A stretch of DNA of 64,000 nucleotides from an uncultured Gemmatimonadales bacterium. GTDB taxonomy: Bacteria > Gemmatimonadota > Gemmatimonadetes > Gemmatimonadales > GWC2-71-9. The position numbers were made by a program, and so were the translations under genes. The stretch is taken from contig CAWGED010000019.1 of NCBI GenBank assembly GCA_963821525.1, positions 320,001 through 384,000 on the forward strand. Direction: 5' to 3'. A model generated the notes under the pieces. That model was not told where the DNA came from. It saw only the letters and a list, made by a program, of their open reading frames with translations, and did no database searches. This document shows positions 52,913-62,284 of this stretch, in pieces. Within the stretch, counting starts at the first letter, position 1. Every line of letters starts with the position of its first letter.

Positions 52913-54727
52913 GTGGCTACTCCGTCGCAGGTCTCTTCTTTCGGCCGTGTGGTGATCATCAAACCGATCCGCGATTCGTTCCGCAACCTGGTGATGCACG
53001 GGCGGCGGCGGCTCGCGGCAGGCTCGTCCTGGGTCCATCTCACCTGGCGGCGTGACGAGGATCCGGCGCCCGCCGAACCGTCTCACTTCGAATGGGTCTG
53101 CGCATCCGTTGCCCTGCTGCTCGGGCTTCTGCTGCGGTTGGTCTACGTCATCCGCCAGCCGGTCAATTCCGATGAACCCCAGCACCTGCATGTGGCCTGG
53201 GGCTGGGCCCATGGCCTGATGGAATACCGCGATGTGTATGACAACCACACGCCTCTGTTTCACGTTCTGATGGCGCCACTGGTGTGGATCGTAGGCGACC
53301 GCCCGGAGCTCTTCATGTGGGCTCGGCTGGCAATGATCCCGCTGTGGGCGTTTGACGTTAGTCGCGACGTATCTCGCCGGCCGTTCGCTCTATGGCCGCC
53401 GGGTGGGCCTTTGGGCAATGGTCCTCGCGGGACTCTTGCCGCCGATGTTCGTCAAGAGCGTCGAATTCCGCACTGACGATCTGTGGGCCATGTGCTGGAT
53501 GTGGACAATCGCCGTGCTGGTGGCCGGCACCTTCACGCCCGCGCGCGGGTTCTGGAGCGGCCTTCTCATCGGGCTATGTGCGGGCGTGTCCATAAAGACC
53601 GGGCTCCTGGTGACCGCGCTGGGATGGGGCCGCTCTCGCGAGCGTCGCACTGCCATTGAGCCCAGCGAGCCATTCCCAACGCGCCCGGTACCTCTCCTCG
53701 GTCGCCTCGATGGCGGTGGGGATGACCCTCGTCCCCCTCGGTATCATCCTGTGGTTCAAGGCACACGGGGCCCTGCAACCGATGCTCAACGGGACGATCT
53801 GGTTCAACATGGAGCCGAATACCACGCAGAGGCCTTATCGAGATGTTCGGCATGGTGCCTGCGCTGCTCACTCTGCTGTGGCTCGACTCCCGCATGAAAC
53901 GATGGGCTCCTGCTTCTCCGCTCGCCGGGCGTCGCAGGGTCTTGTTCTTGACGGTAGGTGTTTTCTTGATTCTCGAGCTGACGGTCTGGCCCGTCGACCG
54001 CTGGCAGGATTTTCTCCCGGTCTGGCCCATGCTCACGATCCTCTTCGTCGCGGCAGCGGAGGGGATGGGCCGGGTGCAACCCGCGAAGTGGAGCGGATTG
54101 CGGATTGCGGCCCTGCCCCGTTTCCCCCTGATGGCCGGGTTAGAACTCGCAGTACTGCTCCTGGTACTCCCCCACAGCACTGCCCTGGCGCACCAGGTCA
54201 AGACGTGGCACGCCGTGCTCCGCCTGACCCGTGCCGGCGATTACGTGATGGATGAAAAGGGCGAGCTGCTGTTTCGCCGCCGGGCATACTACTACGAGCT
54301 CGAAACCATCACGCGCGCCCGCATCGCGCAGCATCTGCTTCCCGACGACATCCCCCAGAGCCTGGTGCGGACCAACACGCTGGTTGTGGGACCTGACCTG
54401 CGGCATTTCCCGCCGCGCGATCGCGCATTCATCGAGGCCAACTACATCTCGGTCGGTCCCCTCCGGGTCGCCGGACAAATCCTCAGCCCTTCGACCAGCA
54501 ACGGTTCCGACCCAGCGAATCGAGCCATCAGCTTCGAGATCAGGATTCCTGCGTGGTACAGCATCGTAGACAGCTCGGGACCCGCCCAAGGCTCGCTCGA
54601 TGACGTCCCCCTCTCTGGGCCGCGCTTCCTCGGCGTGGGCAGCCACACCTATCAGCCTGCCTACGACAATGTCCGCACCGCGTTGGTCCTCGCCAAGGCC
54701 ATCGATCTGGGCTTCCGGCCGTTCTGA
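52913..54727 (+). CDS. GT-C superfamily (ArnT/PMT-like) membrane glycosyltransferase; frameshifts, start uncertain
   Basis: TM followed by NSDEPQHLHVAW, YRDVYDNHTPLF, EFRTDD; many TM segments and a soluble C-terminal domain. Confidence 0.65.
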
Positions 54728-54781
54728 ATCGCTCCGCTCCACCTGTAGGCCCTGGCCAAATGTGAGCGGCGGTTGGATTCG

Positions 54782-54893
54782 GCCATAAGCCATAAGCCAT
54801 AAGCCATAAGCGCCCAGGTAATCCGGAGCTTATGGCTTATGGCTTACGGCTGACGGCTGACGGCTAACGGCTGACGGCTGACGGCTGACGGCT
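54782..54893. repeat. Inverted/composite heptamer array (GCCATAA)4 ... (GCTTATG)>(GCTGACG)n
   Basis: Visible tandem units between convergent genes. Confidence 0.85.
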
Positions 54894-54896
54894 CCC

Positions 54897-56111
54897 TCAA
54901 TACCCGAGCGATACCGGCCCGCCCAGCCAACCGGAAGCGTCCACGGTCCCGCTATTGCCCGACGGGCCAGACGGGTCGCCCCACCAATTGCCGGTCGCGT
55001 CCACCGACCCGTTTGCCAGGTTCATGATGCCGATACCATTGCCGGTGATGTTGCACCCGTTGATGCTCACCGATCCTGCATCGCTCAACACATATATCCC
55101 AGCAGTGCTGTTGGCGATCTCGCACGCCGTGAGCACCGCGCTGGCTCCTTCTATCTGTATGCCGATAGTGTTGGTCACTCGGGCGGAGAAGTCCAGCACC
55201 GCCGACGGTGCCAAGGCGCTGCCGATCTTCGCGCCGAACGAGCCGGGCTGACCGCCGATGTTGGAGATGTTGGTGGTATGCACGAACGATCCTGGAGCGA
55301 TGATCCGCACACCGAGGCCGGTCATCTCGGTGATCGTGGAGTTGTCAATCTGCAGAACGTGCCCGGCACTGAGGCCGATCGCGCCGAGCGATCCGTGGTC
55401 CAACACGGCGTTGCTGATGGTACTCGGCTGACCGGGAGCGCCGTCGAACCGGAGGCTGCCCCAGGGCTGGGCCAGGTCCATTGCGGTGAAGGTCGTCCCG
55501 GTTGCCGACAGCCGCCCACCGAGGTCGAACACGATACTCTGCAGCGGGCCGAGGCAGACCGTGGTCCCGGCCGCGATCGTCAGCAATCCGTTCTGTGGGG
55601 TATTGGCCCCGTTTGGCAGTACAATCGCACCTCCGGAGCTGGTCCAACTTGTCGACCCTACCAATCCACCGTTGACGTATGTCCCGGGAACGCACGCCGG
55701 GTTTTTCACGGCCACCGAAACGATGTCCACTTTGAGTGTCTTGGAGCTGCCGGGCTCGGTGTACTCCGCCTTCAGGCCTTGGACTCCGATTGAGGAACCC
55801 AAGGTCCAGTTTACTGTCCCGATTCCGGTGTTAGAGGTCTGACTGGTCGCTGGCACATTCCCGCCGCCGCCGGTGACGGTCCAGTCGATAGTCTGGTTGT
55901 TGATGTCGGTGGCGCCGGTCAGCTCCACCTGGACCTGCACCACGCCACTGGTGAGACCGGCCTGCTTGTCCTTGCCGGCCACCACGGTCAACGTCGCCGT
56001 CGAGGGGCCAGTACCCCCGCCACCCCCACCGCCACTGCTGGCGCACCGGACTCCGCCGATCACAACGAGGGCGATCGAGATCGCCCGGCCAACGAGCTGT
56101 CGAGGACGCAT
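54897..56111 (-). CDS. Secreted lipoprotein with Ig-like domain and parallel beta-helix repeats
   Basis: Signal ending in C, Gly linker, WTVTGGGG...WTLG Ig motif, WGSLRF, DATGNWWGDPSGP. Confidence 0.7.
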   Translation of the reverse strand: MRPRQLVGRAISIALVVIGGVRCASSGGGGGGGTGPSTATLTVVAGKDKQAGLTSGVVQVQVELTGATDINNQTIDWTVTGGGGNVPATSQTSNTGIGTVNWTLGSSIGVQGLKAEYTEPGSSKTLKVDIVSVAVKNPACVPGTYVNGGLVGSTSWTSSGGAIVLPNGANTPQNGLLTIAAGTTVCLGPLQSIVFDLGGRLSATGTTFTAMDLAQPWGSLRFDGAPGQPSTISNAVLDHGSLGAIGLSAGHVLQIDNSTITEMTGLGVRIIAPGSFVHTTNISNIGGQPGSFGAKIGSALAPSAVLDFSARVTNTIGIQIEGASAVLTACEIANSTAGIYVLSDAGSVSINGCNITGNGIGIMNLANGSVDATGNWWGDPSGPSGNSGTVDASGWLGGPVSLGY

Positions 56112-56225
56112 GGGGAGGCTCCCTATTCCCGGGTGTGCCATAGATACGCGGGCACGGCTCAGGATTCTCACTCAGGCGCCAGGACCGGCAGCTCCAAGCT
56201 TCAGGAGCCCCCTAGTCCTCCCATC

Positions 56226-57442
56226 CTACAAATACGACCACCACCATCCCCGCCCGCCCTGTTTCTTGATTCCGAACCAGCGGCAGAACGGGTAGAGTCC
56301 CACCACCACTGCGATCCAGACCAGGTAGATCACCGGCAACCCGAAGCCGTAGGTGCTGGGTAGCTGGCGGTAGATCTTGGCCATCTCGCCCACCGAGTAT
56401 CCCTGAACTGCGCCTCCGGCGATCGCTGCAAGGTGGATGACGTACAGATGAGCCACATAGTAGAAGAGCGGGACCTGGCCGAAGACCCGGAGCCACTCCG
56501 CGACCGGGCCCCGCAACCGCTCCAGGAAAGCCAACCCCACCAGCGCGGGTCCCAGGGTGATCAGCAGGAACTGAAGCGACGCGGGATACTTGGTCACGTT
56601 GATGAACGAGAACAGCGTCATCAGGCCGTTGCGTTGCGGGCTCCACGGGGCGGGATCGCCGTAGACATTGAGCGTCCTGAGCACCAGGAATCCCGCGATC
56701 ATCGCGAGTCCCAGGCGGACCAGAGTCCGGCGCCGCTGATCACCCGGCAGGTCCAGCACGGGACCGAGGAGGTAGCCGAGCGCCATCACGCCGATCCAGG
56801 GCAGCAGGGGATAGGTCACGAACACGGGCAGCCCAGGGAGCTGGCCCTGGACATGGAGCACGGTCCACAGCGTCGCGAGGCTCCCCTGCATCCTGCGGCG
56901 TGATGCCATCCAGCAGGTTATGTCCGGCGACGATGGCGACCGCAATCGCCAGGATCGTCGAGCGGGGAAGGTAGACCAGCCCGGCCAGAGCGATCATCGA
57001 GACTCCGATCGCCCAGATCACCTGGGCCCGCAAGCCGAGCTCGAAGCGGAAATTGAGGTACCAGGCGAATGACACCAGGGTGAACTCGAGCAGCACCAGC
57101 CAGAGCCCACGCTTGAGCAGGAAGCCGGCGAGTTCACCCCGGCTCCGCCGACGGCCCGCGAGCCAGGCGCTGGTCCCCGCGAGCAGCACGAAGGTGGGGG
57201 CGCAGAAATGGGTGACCCAGCGGGTAAGGAACAGCGCAGCTGTGGTCTGGGTCAGATCCGTCGCATCGAATCTCGCCGACGTGAAATAGTCCCGGACATG
57301 ATCCAGGGTCATGACGACGATGACCAGGCCACGCAGCATGTCCACCGAGGTCAGACGTTTGCTGCCGGCGCCGGGCGTAGAGGGACGCGCCGATGAAGTC
57401 GACGGACGTGGGGCAATCGCGGCGGTGTTCACGGTCTTCCAT
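56226..57442 (-). CDS. DUF1624/HGSNAT-like acyltransferase membrane protein; frameshift near 56885
   Basis: RLTSVDMLRGLVIVVMTLDHVRD, RWVTHFCAPTF, YPLLPWIGVM, TKYPASL, GQVPLFYY. Confidence 0.85.
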
Positions 57443-57548
57443 GTTAGGGACCGGTTCGTGATGGAGCTATTTCGCCGCCGCGAACTTATCGGTAGGAATT
57501 CGGCCTACACGCTTAGAGGTCTTGCCTCCTTACCCGGCGAGGGCAAAG

Positions 57549-57589
57549 AAAAAGCTCCACAACGAGTGTCGTTGCGGAGCTTCGTTTTC
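57549..57589 (-). terminator. Terminator downstream of tRNA-Pro
   Basis: AAGCTCC-ACAACGA...TCGTTG-CGGAGCTT hairpin flanked by A/T runs. Confidence 0.6.
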
Positions 57590-57594
57590 AACCA

Positions 57595-57668
57595 TCGGGA
57601 CGGCGGGATTCGAACCCGCGACCCCCTGAACCCCATTCAGGTGCGCTACCGGGCTGCGCTACGTCCCG
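57595..57668 (-). tRNA. tRNA-Pro(GGG), no encoded CCA
   Basis: CGGGACGTAGCGCAGCCCGGTAGCGCACCTGAATGGGGTTCAGGGGGTCGCGGGTTCGAATCCCGCCGTCCCGA folds as a cloverleaf. Confidence 0.95.
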
Positions 57669-57762
57669 TCAACAAATACGTCTCTCTGTTTCTGTCCCCC
57701 TCAAAGCTACCGGGCGCGCGAAGCCGTCCCAGCGCAGCGAGGGACCGGCGAACAAATCAAGA

Positions 57763-57890
57763 GGGTTCGACCCGACCCGACCGAGCGATAGCGAGGGAGG
57801 TCAACCCCATTCAGAGCCTGTCCCGAGCATCGCGAGGGATGCGCTACCGGGCTGCGCGGAGCCTGTCCCGAGCGCAGCGAGGGATCCCGT
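57763..57890 (-). pseudogene. Decayed tRNA-Pro(GGG) copy interrupted by palindromic insertions
   Basis: Blocks AACCCCATTCAG, TGCGCTACCGGGCTGCGC and TCCCGT match the tRNA in order, separated by AGCCTGTCCCGAGC...GCGAGGGA units. Confidence 0.75.
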
Positions 57891-58120
57891 GACTACAACT
57901 ACCAGCTAACGGTCTCTGCTTCCCTCGAAGCGGACCGGCGGACGGGCGGAGCCGACCACCCGATCGAACGACGAACCAATCTGAATCTTCAATCTGCAGT
58001 CGCCGACCTGCTCACCCGTCTCAGCGGGCCGGTAAGCTAGTCCGGCACTCCAGCGCGGGGAAGCCCTCGGAATCCGCGCCAGTCGAATATCTTCCATAAG
58101 CCCTGCGAGGGTTCGCCCTT

Positions 58121-58519
58121 ATGTCTCGATTCCTGCTTCGCCTCACCGCTTCTCTGACCCTGGTCGCCGCCTGCAGCTCGGGCACTCCGCCGAAAACGCC
58201 CGACCCCGCCGTGGGCAGTATCAGCGCCACCGCATCGGTAGACTCATCCACCGCCGATACGTCGGGCGCAGTTGTCAGGGTGGACAACCGCGCCTTTGAC
58301 GACATGGCGATCTACGTGGTTTACGCCTCGCAGCGCATCCGACTCGGCGTCGCGACGGGGAATAGCGTCACCGACCTGCGCGTCCTTCCCTTCATCGTGG
58401 CCACCGGTCCGGTCTCGGTTCGGTTCGCGGCCGATCCAATAGGAGGGACCACTCCCATTCTGACCGAACCCATCACGGTCCAGCGAGGAGACATGGTGTC
58501 CCTGCTGATTCCCAGATAG
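58121..58519 (+). CDS. Hypothetical lipoprotein
   Basis: Lipobox VAAC; VRVDNRAFDDMAIYV...RLGV...FAADPIGG. Confidence 0.75.
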   Translation: MSRFLLRLTASLTLVAACSSGTPPKTPDPAVGSISATASVDSSTADTSGAVVRVDNRAFDDMAIYVVYASQRIRLGVATGNSVTDLRVLPFIVATGPVSVRFAADPIGGTTPILTEPITVQRGDMVSLLIPR

Positions 58520-58552
58520 TCGGCCGAAGTCCCGAGAAGGGCGTAGGGCATC

Positions 58553-58630
58553 ACTCAATCCCCACATCCAAACATCCCTCACATCCCTACATCCCTCAAT
58601 CCCTCAATCCCTCAATCCCTCAAATCCCCC
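58553..58630. repeat. 8-9-nt tandem repeat (ATCCCTCA)n
   Basis: atccctcaatccctcaatccctcaatccctca and degenerate units. Confidence 0.8.
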
Positions 58631-58844
58631 CACCCATCCCCGCCTCTCCTCCATCCTGCACCGACGCGTTCAACGCCACCGCGAGCGCCGCGTCTCCGGA
58701 GATCAGGTCCTTCCAGGTCAGCTCACGGCCTTTGCGCTTTCCTTTGATGGTGAGCAGCAGGCCCTGGGGAGAAATCGTCAGCACGTAGGCCTGGCCATCA
58801 ATATCGATCTCGCGCTTGAGAGCCTTTTCGAGTTTGGTCATCAT
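58620..58844 (-). CDS. Small conserved-looking hypothetical protein
   Basis: MTKLEKALKREIDIDGQAYVLTISPQGLLLTIKGKRKGRELTWKDLISGDAALAVALNAS; coding-like composition. Confidence 0.7.
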   Translation of the reverse strand: MMTKLEKALKREIDIDGQAYVLTISPQGLLLTIKGKRKGRELTWKDLISGDAALAVALNASVQDGGEAGMGGGI

Positions 58845-59393
58845 CGTGGTCCCGATAGGGGAAGCATTGGTGACGGACCCCGGAAAAGTGGGGCGGTCAC
58901 CCGGCGCCGACAAGACTGCCTTTAGGCCATACGGCCCTTAAAGCCATGGGCCATAAGCCACAAGCTCGAGGCTGGGCCGGTCGGACCGCGCCGGAGGCAA
59001 CTTGACGGCCTGCTGTGGATGGAAGTGGGAATTCGTGAGACGGTCGCGAGTCGTGGTTCGTGAGTCCTGGGTCGCGGGACCCATGACTCATGACACTCGC
59101 CGATCAGAGATTGCTTTTGACGCTAACAGAGTGGCGCGCGGCCAGCCCCGGGTTGAACCACAGAGCGCACCCTTCGAACGACCTGCGATCCCGGAGAAAA
59201 CTCTCCGAGGCCAGCCTCGCGGGCGCAGCAGGAAGCAGGTCGCGGGCCAAGCTCGGACTAATGGTTAAGTTATTCTAATGATTAGACTTACAAATAATTC
59301 AACAGTGTCGAATCAAATCCTCGTCGCGGCGTCTTACCTGCAGCGTGGGCGGGATGAGCATGGGCGGGATGGCGGAAAGGCGGTAAGGCGGGA

Positions 59394-59475
59394 GGGCGGT
59401 CGGGGCGGTCAGGGCGGACGGGGCGGACGGGGCGGACGGGGCGGACGGGGCGGACGGCGGCGGACGGGGCGGAGC
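59394..59475. repeat. 9-nt tandem repeat (GGGGCGGAC)n
   Basis: About eight near-identical G-rich units. Confidence 0.85.
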
Positions 59476-59557
59476 GATGGTAGCAAAATGCGCCCTGTGA
59501 TACCTCGTCGCCGCCTGTCGCCAAGGAGCCGTCCATTGTAGACTCCTCCCGCGCCAA

Positions 59558-59630
59558 TCCTGTTCCCTGTTCCCCGTTCCCTGTTCCCGCTTTTCACCGT
59601 TCACCCGTCTCCCTTCTCCCGTCTCCCAAA
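59558..59630. repeat. Pyrimidine-rich heptamer array (CCTGTTC/CCCGTCT)
   Basis: cctgttccctgttccccgttccctgttccc...cccgtctcccttctcccgtctccc. Confidence 0.75.
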
Positions 59631-59636
59631 GACCCC

Positions 59637-61592
59637 ATGCAACGTCGCACCTTCCTGCGGCATACCGGCGAAGCTGCTATGGCGTTCGGCATTCTGCGCC
59701 ATCTCCCGGCCTGCACCGGCACCGGAGCAGCCGGCGCCAGCAAGGCCGACCACGGGTTCCTTTCCCTCAGGGACCGCTATTTCCTGAAGGCGCTCGAGCT
59801 GAATCCGGTGACGGCCACCTATCTCGGCGGGGATGGCTACGACCCGTCGCTCGCGAAGATCAACAGTCGGCTTCGCGACTACCGGCCGCCGGCGCTGGGT
59901 GACGAACGGACCTTCTACCTCGGCATAAGCAAGGAGCTCGAGGCAATCGACGCGACCAAGCTGACCTCGGCGAGCCGGGTAGATCACCAGGTGATGACGG
60001 CCCAGCTCCGCTTCATGCTCCACCAGCTGGAAGACCTGAAGCAGTATCAGCGGGCGATCGACACCTACGTGGCCGAGCCGTTCCGTGGCGTGGACTGGCA
60101 GATCCAGGGGATGTCGGGTGGCGCGGAGGGAAGTCCAGAGCTTGGCACGGAGGACGAATGGGGACTGGTGGTCGAGCGAGTCCGCGCGATCCCTCCCTAT
60201 CTCGAGGTAGCAAAGGCCAATCTCGAGGCCGGGAAGGCAGCGGGGAATCTTCCCGATCACCGCATGGTGGAGCGCGACGGCGTCAACGGTTCGAAGGCCA
60301 ACGCCGAGTATTTCCGTACCACGCTTCAGACTACGGCCAAGAACTTCCTCGGGAGCCGGCCCTTCGCTGGCTCGACCCTGGGTGATCTCGAGTCTTCCGG
60401 CCGACAGGCAGCCGATGCGTGGGAAGACTTCGCTGCGTTCCTGCTCAAGACCTACGATCCTCAGGATGTCACCGACCACTTCAGTGCAGGTGAGAAGGAA
60501 TACCAGTGGCGCCTCGAGAATGTCCTCCAGGAAAAGCGCACCGCGGCGCAACTCTGGGACTACGGGCTCGAGCAGACGACTCTCTACGAGAACAAGATCT
60601 TCGAAGTCGCTCAGGAAGTAGCCAAGGAAGCTGGGCTTTCGCTTCCCTTCGGAACCGACGCGGAGAAGCGCGACGGCATCCGGGCGGCAATGGAGTACCT
60701 CTCCAAAGACTCACCGCGTAACGACGACGAGCTGCTTCAGTGGTACATCGACGCCGGCAAGCGGGCGGTAGAGTACGGGAGGGAACACCGGCTGTTCGAC
60801 ATCCCGCAGGACTACCGGCTCGATGTCACCCCGACTCCGCCGGTTCTCCGCAGCACGATTGACGCGGCCTATTATCCGGCGCCTCCATTCAAGAAGACCG
60901 GCGTGGGCCGCTTCTATCTCACTCCGACCGGCAATGATCCCGCGGCGCTCAAGCTCAACAATCGCGCGTCCGTCGCCGACACCGCAGTGCACGAAGGCTT
61001 CCCGGGCCACGACTGGCACTACAAGTACATGAACCAGCACGCGGCCGAGATTTCCAATGTCCGTTGGTTCACTCCGGGCGCGGTCGAGGATTCCTCCGCG
61101 ATGTGGCTTGACTCCCAGTCAACCGAAGGATGGGCCTTGTACAGCGAGGAGCTGATGGCCGAGCCGGCGGAAGGACGTCCTCACGGCTTTTACACAGCGG
61201 CGGAGCATCTCTACGAGCTGCAGGGGCAGCTGCTGCGCGCGGTGCGGGTCCGGGTGGACACCGGTCTGCACACCGGCCGCATGACCTTCGCCGATGCCGT
61301 GGACTTCTTCACCGAGCACGTGTCGTTCTATCCGAAGGCGGCAGCCGCGGCCGCGCGCGATGCGAAGGCGAAAGCCATCGTTGAGGGAGCGACACGGGCC
61401 ATCTACCGCTACTCCAAGTGGCCCACCCAGGCCATCACCTACAACCTGGGCAAGAATGCGATCCTCGCTTTGCGTGAGCAGGTGCGCCAAAAAGAAGGAG
61501 ACAAGTTCTCCGCCCGGGAATTCCACGAGCGCTTCATGCGCCAGGGCCCCGTCCCCGTGGGATACATGGCTGATGAAGTGCTGAAGGGGTAG
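59637..61592 (+). CDS. DUF885 family protein (metallopeptidase-like) with Tat signal
   Basis: MQRRTFL; PVTATYLG, HEGFPGHDW, EGWALYSE, RVRVDTGLH, PTQAITYNLG. Confidence 0.9.
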   Translation: MQRRTFLRHTGEAAMAFGILRHLPACTGTGAAGASKADHGFLSLRDRYFLKALELNPVTATYLGGDGYDPSLAKINSRLRDYRPPALGDERTFYLGISKELEAIDATKLTSASRVDHQVMTAQLRFMLHQLEDLKQYQRAIDTYVAEPFRGVDWQIQGMSGGAEGSPELGTEDEWGLVVERVRAIPPYLEVAKANLEAGKAAGNLPDHRMVERDGVNGSKANAEYFRTTLQTTAKNFLGSRPFAGSTLGDLESSGRQAADAWEDFAAFLLKTYDPQDVTDHFSAGEKEYQWRLENVLQEKRTAAQLWDYGLEQTTLYENKIFEVAQEVAKEAGLSLPFGTDAEKRDGIRAAMEYLSKDSPRNDDELLQWYIDAGKRAVEYGREHRLFDIPQDYRLDVTPTPPVLRSTIDAAYYPAPPFKKTGVGRFYLTPTGNDPAALKLNNRASVADTAVHEGFPGHDWHYKYMNQHAAEISNVRWFTPGAVEDSSAMWLDSQSTEGWALYSEELMAEPAEGRPHGFYTAAEHLYELQGQLLRAVRVRVDTGLHTGRMTFADAVDFFTEHVSFYPKAAAAAARDAKAKAIVEGATRAIYRYSKWPTQAITYNLGKNAILALREQVRQKEGDKFSAREFHERFMRQGPVPVGYMADEVLKG

Positions 61593-61739
61593 CAGGCCAG
61601 TGCATCACTCTTGTACAGTGCTGGGAAACACCGTCAAATAACGCGAAAGGAACAAAACACCGACGTGTGGCATCACTCATGCTTTCTTGGGAAAGCGTGG
61701 GGAAGCGGGGTGGATGGGAGCACCCGCGAGGAGGACAGG

Positions 61740-61985
61740 ATGCCGTACGCGTTTGACGGGGAAGATCGCTCGAATCAGGAGCCTTGGGAAACCACGGAAG
61801 CGTGGCGAGGGGACATGCATCTCCCCGACGAGACTTCATGGCTCGGCGAGGCGACGTCGGATGGGAATATCGAGAAGGAAGAAGTGGAGGAACACAGCGG
61901 CTGGCGCGGGCATCAGCATTTCGCCGACTGGCCCGAAGAACTGGCGGGCCCGGAGTACTGGCTGTACAAGCGGATGGCCGAGTAA
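61740..61985 (+). CDS. Small acidic, Trp-rich hypothetical protein
   Basis: RBS gaggagg, 81 aa ORF, terminator immediately downstream. Confidence 0.6.
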   Translation: MPYAFDGEDRSNQEPWETTEAWRGDMHLPDETSWLGEATSDGNIEKEEVEEHSGWRGHQHFADWPEELAGPEYWLYKRMAE

Positions 61986-62007
61986 ACACTGAAAAGTCAG
62001 AAAACAC

Positions 62008-62047
62008 AAACCCCGCGGTCCGGAACCGGACGGCGGGGTTTTTCTTT
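62008..62047. terminator. Bidirectional Rho-independent terminator
   Basis: AAACCCCGC...GCGGGGTTTTT between the convergent small ORF and the tRNAs. Confidence 0.75.
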
Positions 62048-62055
62048 GTGGGTAG

Positions 62056-62127
62056 AGCCACTGGTCGGAATTGAACCGACGACCGCTCGATTACGAATCG
62101 AGAGCTCTACCGCTGAGCTACAGTGGC
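62056..62127 (-). tRNA. tRNA-Thr(CGT), no encoded CCA
   Basis: GCCACTGTAGCTCAGCGGTAGAGCTCTCGATTCGTAATCGAGCGGTCGTCGGTTCAATTCCGACCAGTGGCT. Confidence 0.95.
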
Positions 62128-62137
62128 GGAAGACGCA

Positions 62138-62219
62138 TGCCCTGGCGCGGATTCGAACCGCGACGCCTTTCGGCACTACCCCCTCAAGATAGCGTGTCTA
62201 CCAGTTTCACCACCAGGGC
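62138..62219 (-). tRNA. tRNA-Leu(GAG), no encoded CCA
   Basis: GCCCTGGTGGTGAAACTGGTAGACACGCTATCTTGAGGGGGTAGTGCCGAAAGGCGTCGCGGTTCGAATCCGCGCCAGGGCA, with a long variable arm. Confidence 0.95.
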
Positions 62220-62284
62220 GCGGGGCCAATCTTAGTGAGCGATCAGAGCAGACGCAACCCGATCCACCGCCCGCGCAACCTGCG

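Noticed and set aside
59266..59290. AT-rich palindrome as the chromosomal dif site
   Set aside because: It lacks a recognisable XerD arm (TTATGTTAAAT-like).
59278..59604. RGG-rich or PSA-repeat ORFs
   Set aside because: They are translations of the non-coding 9-mer repeat with no RBS or coding signal.
30706..59630. Intergenic repeat arrays as CRISPR arrays
   Set aside because: Units are 7-9 nt in direct tandem with no unique spacers, and no cas genes are present.
57595..62219. Genomic island or prophage integrated at the tRNAs
   Set aside because: No integrase or phage genes. The tRNA-Pro duplicates lie on the 5' side, adjacent and degenerate, unlike an att-site 3' duplication.
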